Shown here in pieces: positions 58,138-64,000 of a stretch of DNA of 64,000 nucleotides. Each line of letters starts with the position of its first letter. Positions within the stretch are counted from its first letter, which is position 1. The translations under genes and the position numbers were made by a program. The DNA is from the human T2T-CHM13v2.0 reference genome, Homo sapiens. A model generated the notes under the pieces. That model was not told where the DNA came from and did not search any database. It worked only from the letters and a program-made list of their open reading frames with translations. The stretch is from assembly GCF_009914755.1 (NCBI RefSeq), contig NC_060935.1; one strand, written 5' to 3'.

Positions 58138-59859
58138 ATTACACTTGCTGGTTAACTTAGAATAATTTCTCCACTATCTTGAGTGAGATGCAGCCTGTAT
58201 GTGAGCACAAGTAGGATGCATGGGTGCTTTCTGCTGCTGTGCCTATCACTAGGATTGTGAACTTTGGCAAGTCTTATGGGATTTCTAGGGTTAAAGACCC
58301 AAATGGTTAAAAAGTGAAGACAAACCTATGAAAAACACCTAAATTCTAAAAATTAACACCAATCCTAGCTGGAAGTAAACTAAGGAACTTGGCCATGGTA
58401 GACATGGCCAGGAGAAGAAGAAGGTCTCTAGAAAAGCACTTATAAGAGCACAAAGGGACAAATGGACAATAAGCCCTTTTTGCTACTCAAGGGCAACGCT
58501 TGACTGTTCAATGCCAAAGGCTGGGACAATCCTAAGGACAAGGATTAGATTTTAGCTTTCTGCAGCTACTTCAACAAATATACCAAAAAGGAACTGGGGA
58601 GATGAAAAAGAGAATTCTGTTCTCTAGGCAGACTGGCTAAGCATCATGTTTACACTTCTCCATTTCCCACCACTCCACATTGGCTCCATCCCTGTGATGC
58701 CACATTCCAGGGAGGGTTCCAAGGCCTCCTCCACTGCTTTCCATTTCCCCTTCTGAAAAAGTAAGATAAAGAAAGCAAGCAAAAATGATGGGAGACAGGA
58801 AAGGAGGAAGGAGGGATGAAAGCATGAAAAGATAGAAGGAAGGATGGAAGCAGGGAAGGAAGGAAGCATTTCTTCCCAGGCAGTAAGACATTTGAGTGAT
58901 TTATGAAGCTTAACCCAGAGAAGGGAAAGTTGAGGGTTAAAAATCTAAGAAACGAGAATGCAAAACATCAAGACTCAATAGTGCCAAGAGGTTAGGTCTA
59001 TTGAAAAGCCAAGGACATTTGGCTGAGTGTGTGGTGAGGGGAAGTGGTATTGAATTCAGGCATTTCAACTCTGCGACTTTGGGCGAACTTCAAAACAAAT
59101 AGGCTAAAATCCTAGCTGTGGTGCAGAGCAGTGTTGTATGTCCGACAATCCCCAGGGTCTGCCCTTCCTCCCCCTCCCCTGAGTCCCCCGTGACCCCCCC
59201 TCCCAAACAGGGCTGTGAAGGAATGTAGGTGGAATCCGCTGAGGCTGGGGCTCTACCAGGGATAACAGAATTCACAGCCTGAGAGCAGGCCAGCCAGAGT
59301 AGCTTAGAAAGACAAAGGGTTTGCAATGTAGGAAAAATACTAAGCACCTTATTCTGGATTCTGTATCTGACCCCAAAACTTCAAAATGTTTTATTGTTTT
59401 CCCTTGAGTTTTCAGCTCTTCCTACATTATCTGCTTCCTCCTTTTAATTTGCTGAGCTCTGTTTCTCTACTCAGTGAGGAAGACAGGTGGGCTGGGGAGG
59501 CCGGGAGAGGGGAGAGAACTAAAGAAGCCGGAAGGAGCAACTCAACAACTCGACCTTCTTCAGCTGCATGAAAATAATTCCAGATTTGAAAAGGGCTTTG
59601 GCGAGATTCATTGTTGGGGCGGGGTGGGGGAGCTGTGACTTTGCCAAACCATCTTTTGTCATTCACTTCCCTCATACCTAGGTTTCTCAGTCACCCTGAG
59701 ACCGACTACTCTTGAAAAGTTAAATCAGAAGGAAAACACAGTTTGGAAGAAGGTGTTTTACAAAAAAAAAGAAAAGAAGCTGCCTGATTTATGTGATCTG
59801 GCAAAAGGGAGGTTGCGTCATGAATCAAAAGCCAGTGTTCGGGAAACAAATGAGTGAGA

Positions 59860-59955
59860 ATGAGGCAGGAAGGAAGAGGAAGGAAGAAGAAGGAAAGAAG
59901 AAAGAAAGGAAGGTAGGAAGAAGAAAAGGGAAGAAAAAACAGAGAAAGGAAAGGT
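59860..59955. repeat. GA-rich polypurine tract
   Basis: About 90 nt of almost only A/G. Confidence 0.85.
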
Positions 59956-62135
59956 GAATGCACCATAAATAAACCATAGTTTGAGTTCCTGGAGGATAAG
60001 TAAATGGGAAAAAGAAGTAGAAAGAACTAATACAAATGCATATTTAAAAATTATCCACCATTGTCTGTTAAAATTACTGTGCTCAGAACGAACAGCCTAA
60101 CATAGACATGAACTTAAGAACTCACCTTTCAAAAATGGACAAGTTGGAAGTGTATAGCATTTAAAACAACAACACGCCCCTCACCCGCTCCCCCCCATTT
60201 GTTTATGCAGTGAGATCCCCCTGGGCTTGTGAGCCTCATATTCAAAGCAACAAGAAGTCAATAGTTGAACTGTGTCAATAAGAACAGATGAAAGCAACAG
60301 CCTCTGATTTAAATGAAAATAGGATACAGCGTGAACTATTGTTTGCTCCATGACTTCCTTCTAATTCAGTTATTATCTTGAACCCAACCCAATCTACCTT
60401 ATAAAAGCATGAAACTCAACTCCCAGGCTGTTTTCACCCGGAAAAGCCTTTAAGCCCTTTCCCCTCCTACATGGTCGTGAACTACGCATTTGGAATACAT
60501 ATGATTGATATTTTAAAAAAACACTGAGGCATGCTTTATATAGCACACATATAACTGCAGATGCATTGTACCCCCTCCACAAACTCAGGAACCCACATAT
60601 GTATACACCATGCAAACACAAATGAGCATACCTATGAAACGTCCAGAGCTCCCCAGGGAAAATGCTTTTACAGTATTCCAACCGGTCTGCAATTCGATGT
60701 GAATAAAAAGTAGAGGAGATGAAGAAATGAAGAAAAAAATCTGCCACTCAACTGAGTACCTACCACATGTGATGCATTGGGCCAAGTGCACCTTCATATT
60801 TAATATTGCAATTCATTTCATGTAATCGCTGCTTTTAGAATCATGTTTTAACACACTGCGCGATTGAAACAATGTTTTCTGGTAAACTGTCTTAGAGAGG
60901 CCATTTCTATTTGAAAAGCCAGCTGTGAGGGGCTGGAAGGCACACAGCTGCAGACAGCTGGAGGGCTGGTACTGTAACAGGATCCTTGGAGAAGTCAACT
61001 GTAGTTTGCAGGCCCTGAGGCCGCATGTGGGAAGGCTTGTCTGAGCAGGGGAGTCTGCTTCTGCCTTGGCTTGTCCAGGGGTCCTTTGCTTTTCTCATTT
61101 ATCTGATGGAGCCCAACCAATGAATAGGGCTTCCAGAACCAAATTACTTAGGAACCAGAGCAAGCTTCACTGAATCTTCATTCTACCTTTTATTAAGATA
61201 ATTTTTATATATGCACACACATACTCCATCTTTCCCACCCATTTGTAATTTTGTGATCTTATACTCCCTTGAGCCCCCTTGGCTTCCTGTGACTTGACGA
61301 CTGCTTCTCAAGCCCTTTTGTGGGCTCCAGCGGAAATGAAGTAAAGCCCTTTGAAGCCAAAGAAGGTTCTGGGAGAGTGTTTGGCACCAGGTGAAGAGAT
61401 CACTTTCCAATTGCCAGTGAAATATTTGCCTCAGGCATGGGAAGGGAATGAGGCTTGTTTCTTTACCTTCAGTTAGTTTTCATAGAGAAAAATAGTGGCT
61501 CAAGCTTTAAAAACATTGGCTGGTGATTTGGCTTCATGGGAATTCCCTCATCCTAAATAGATAAAATAATATAGCTACAGAAAGCTAATAGCCATTCTCA
61601 GCATGAATAGTACCGAATCTTTGCTTTTGGACTTTGTCATTGTGACTTATTGGGTAATAAAAAGCCCTTTTTAAAATGTGTCCTGGATAAGGACAACAAA
61701 CGGGCATGGGCCCTTTTGGTCAATAAAGTCACCAGAGCTGGAGCTTGTCATTTGACTATGTGCCTTGGCCTGAGCCTTGGGTCTGCAGGCCCATCTCCTG
61801 CCACATAAGAAGTACCAGAAGAGCCAAAGTTTCTGCCACTCTCATCCTTCAAAGATGGCAGCACTGAACTCAATATCAAATATCAGCTGTTGGGGGAGAA
61901 TTTTAGACCACAGACAGGAAATATGTCTAGGGGTTAGGGCCCCAGGAGATCAGCAGTAGGTCAGATAGTAGACTGAGATGGGGCAAACACAAAAAGGTTC
62001 AGGACAAAAGTTGAGAACCTGGCAAGAGTAAGAGAGAGCCTGTGCTCATTAGGACTTGGCCACATGGAAAGGTGCTGCATCCAACACAAGTTTCTATCTT
62101 CTACATCAAGGGAAATGGCCTATTGCCCAGAAAGT

Positions 62136-62159
62136 GGGGGGGGGGGGGGGGGGTGGGGG
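62136..62159 (+). repeat. G18-T-G5 homopolymer
   Basis: Directly visible. Confidence 0.95.
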
Positions 62160-62164
62160 ATAGT

Positions 62165-62400
62165 AATGCTTTCTATTTGTATAACGCTTTGTAGTTTACA
62201 AAATCTTGCTGCATAAAACATCTCATTTGAACCGTTCAACAACCCCACAAGGTAAGCAGAACAGGTGGTATTGTTCAAATTTAATTGATATTGAAAATCA
62301 GGCTAAGAGAGATTAAGAGAGTTGCCTACAGTTATGAATGGCAGAGATAGACCTAGAACTTAGATCTTGTGATGCTCAGTTTGATGCCGTGTCTACTGTA
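62165..62400 (-). mobile_element. MIR
   Basis: TCTCATTTGAACCGTTCAACAACCCCACAAGGTAAG...AGGCTAAGAGAGATTAAG. Confidence 0.75.
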
Positions 62401-62559
62401 TCATATGACTTGATAATGATAACATCATGTATAGAGAATTAAAACACAAGTGAGGAATTGGAAGTAAGCCCCTGGCTATTTACAATGTCTCACTTCAGAC
62501 TAGTTACATCCTAAAGTACCAAGAAAAATTACAGCTGAAAACAATAATCTGAAGACTAA

Positions 62560-62960
62560 AACAGCATTAAGGAATCAGGAAGTCTCAGGGAAATATTAGC
62601 AATAGACAATATTGTCCTATTTTCTTAAAGGGGAACAGTCTGCAAATGATAGATAGTAAATTTGGCATTGACATCTAGGACCCTTTAAAACAGATTATTA
62701 AATGTGTGATTCTCAAATAATCAAAAAAGAAGTTCCTGGCACTGGGACCAAGAATGGGTTCACTAGGAGCAGTTAATGTAGCTGTGAGCTGCTATCATTT
62801 TAATAGTTATTTGACTGGTAAATTAGGAAAATTGTTAGACACATAAATCTGAAACTTAGGGCATGTTTAGGATAAATCTGTTTTGATATTGTAGTCAAGA
62901 AAATAGGGAGATATAGGCCAGATTATAGAATTAGTTGCATTTGTACATGTTTAACAGGGG
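62560..62960 (+). mobile_element. L3/CR1 RT-region fragment
   Basis: GAATGGGTTCACTAGGAGCAG...GACTGGTAAATTAGGAAAATTGTTAGACACATAAATCTG resembles the decayed CR1 QHGF..KSC..VDIIYLDF coding region. Confidence 0.6.
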
Positions 62961-64000
62961 ACCAAAAACTCAATAAGTACCGAGTACTTGGAGACTGGGA
63001 AACTCTGGAGAGAAAAAGCCTCCTTCTAAGGCTGATGGGGGCATCAGCTCAGGCCCGATGGGACAAGTCCAAGAGGTCTGAGGCAAAATTATGTGCAAGT
63101 TAGCACGTCTGATGGATCTGATCAAAGATCATTTCAAGGTTTCTGAATTATGGCTCTTCCATCATGTGAGAATTCAAGTTTTTAAATTAGAAACTTGAGC
63201 GAATGCCAGGAAACCAGGATGAAGGTCCAAACTCAGGAAGAAGGAGTCAGGGACTCCGGTGACCTCACACTGTGGCTGCAGTGTTGAGCCTGGGTTTTTG
63301 TCTCCACTGGCAAAGGCAGGGGCAGAGATTGTTAGATGGTCCAGTCTTGCTCCACACAAAGGGAATAGACAGTGCTCTTGACAACACTTCCTATTCATGT
63401 CCAGGCACTTGGACAACAGATATAGGGAGGAAACCACTGATATGCTGCTGGTCTGATGCTCATTGATTTTAGGAAAGGCCAGGGCTGATGTACACATATC
63501 TTGTGATCAGCAGTATAGCTGCAGAAGGCTCATGGACATGGAGGTGCCCACTCACTGCAGGCCCACTGTCAATGAGGGAGAGGACATTGCCCTGGAGTTG
63601 AACCAAGTGGTCTCTGAGGTTTTTTCCAAGAGTGATTTTCGCAAGGAATGGAAAGCCCATTTTAAGTCTTTCTAATACTATAGGTCAGCTATTAATCCGC
63701 AGCTTTTCATTCTAAATTCAGTTGAAAAGGTCCCATGTGCTATTTCCCATTTTCCATACTATGGGAGTAGCAGCTCATAGTTACAATAAATTAGGACAGA
63801 GTGGAGAAACCACTGGAAGCCTGGGTTCTAGCCATGATTTGCCACTCTGCTTTTTACATATCATTTAACCTCTTTGGGCCTTTGATTTCATTGATGAAAA
63901 AATAATTTCACTGTGAGATATTCTATACATGAAATATATTAATATATTCATGCACACACACATGTGCATACAAGATTAATACATCACATTTTACCTCATC

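Overview
This is primate (human-like) genomic DNA, intergenic or deep intronic. I can support no host protein-coding exon, RNA gene or CRISPR array, and all long ORFs derive from LINE-1. About half the window is recognisable transposable-element sequence. The main elements are a two-LTR MST-type MaLR provirus whose 3' LTR holds a nested FLAM and THE1 LTR; a four-layer nest (L2 > ERVL LTR > MER47A > 5'-inverted L1PA2/3-type L1); a ~6.2 kb L1PA7-like element carrying an AluY; solo MLT1, MLT2, MST and MER41A LTRs; MER20, MER5A and MER44A DNA transposons; and many Alu, L2, MIR and L3 fragments. The best candidate functional host element is a non-repeat, CpG-rich patch at ~53.1-53.5 kb, followed by a homeobox/YY1-motif-rich block (orphan CpG island, enhancer or lncRNA promoter). 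The notable structural findings concern retrotransposition mechanism: a twin-priming inversion that makes an in-frame chimeric ORF, short 3'-transduction-like tags on both L1s, one target site used twice (triple TSD), and a 33-bp templated copy from 3.1 kb away. Subfamily calls come from recalled consensus diagnostics and need RepeatMasker/Dfam confirmation. I found no clearly novel biological system.
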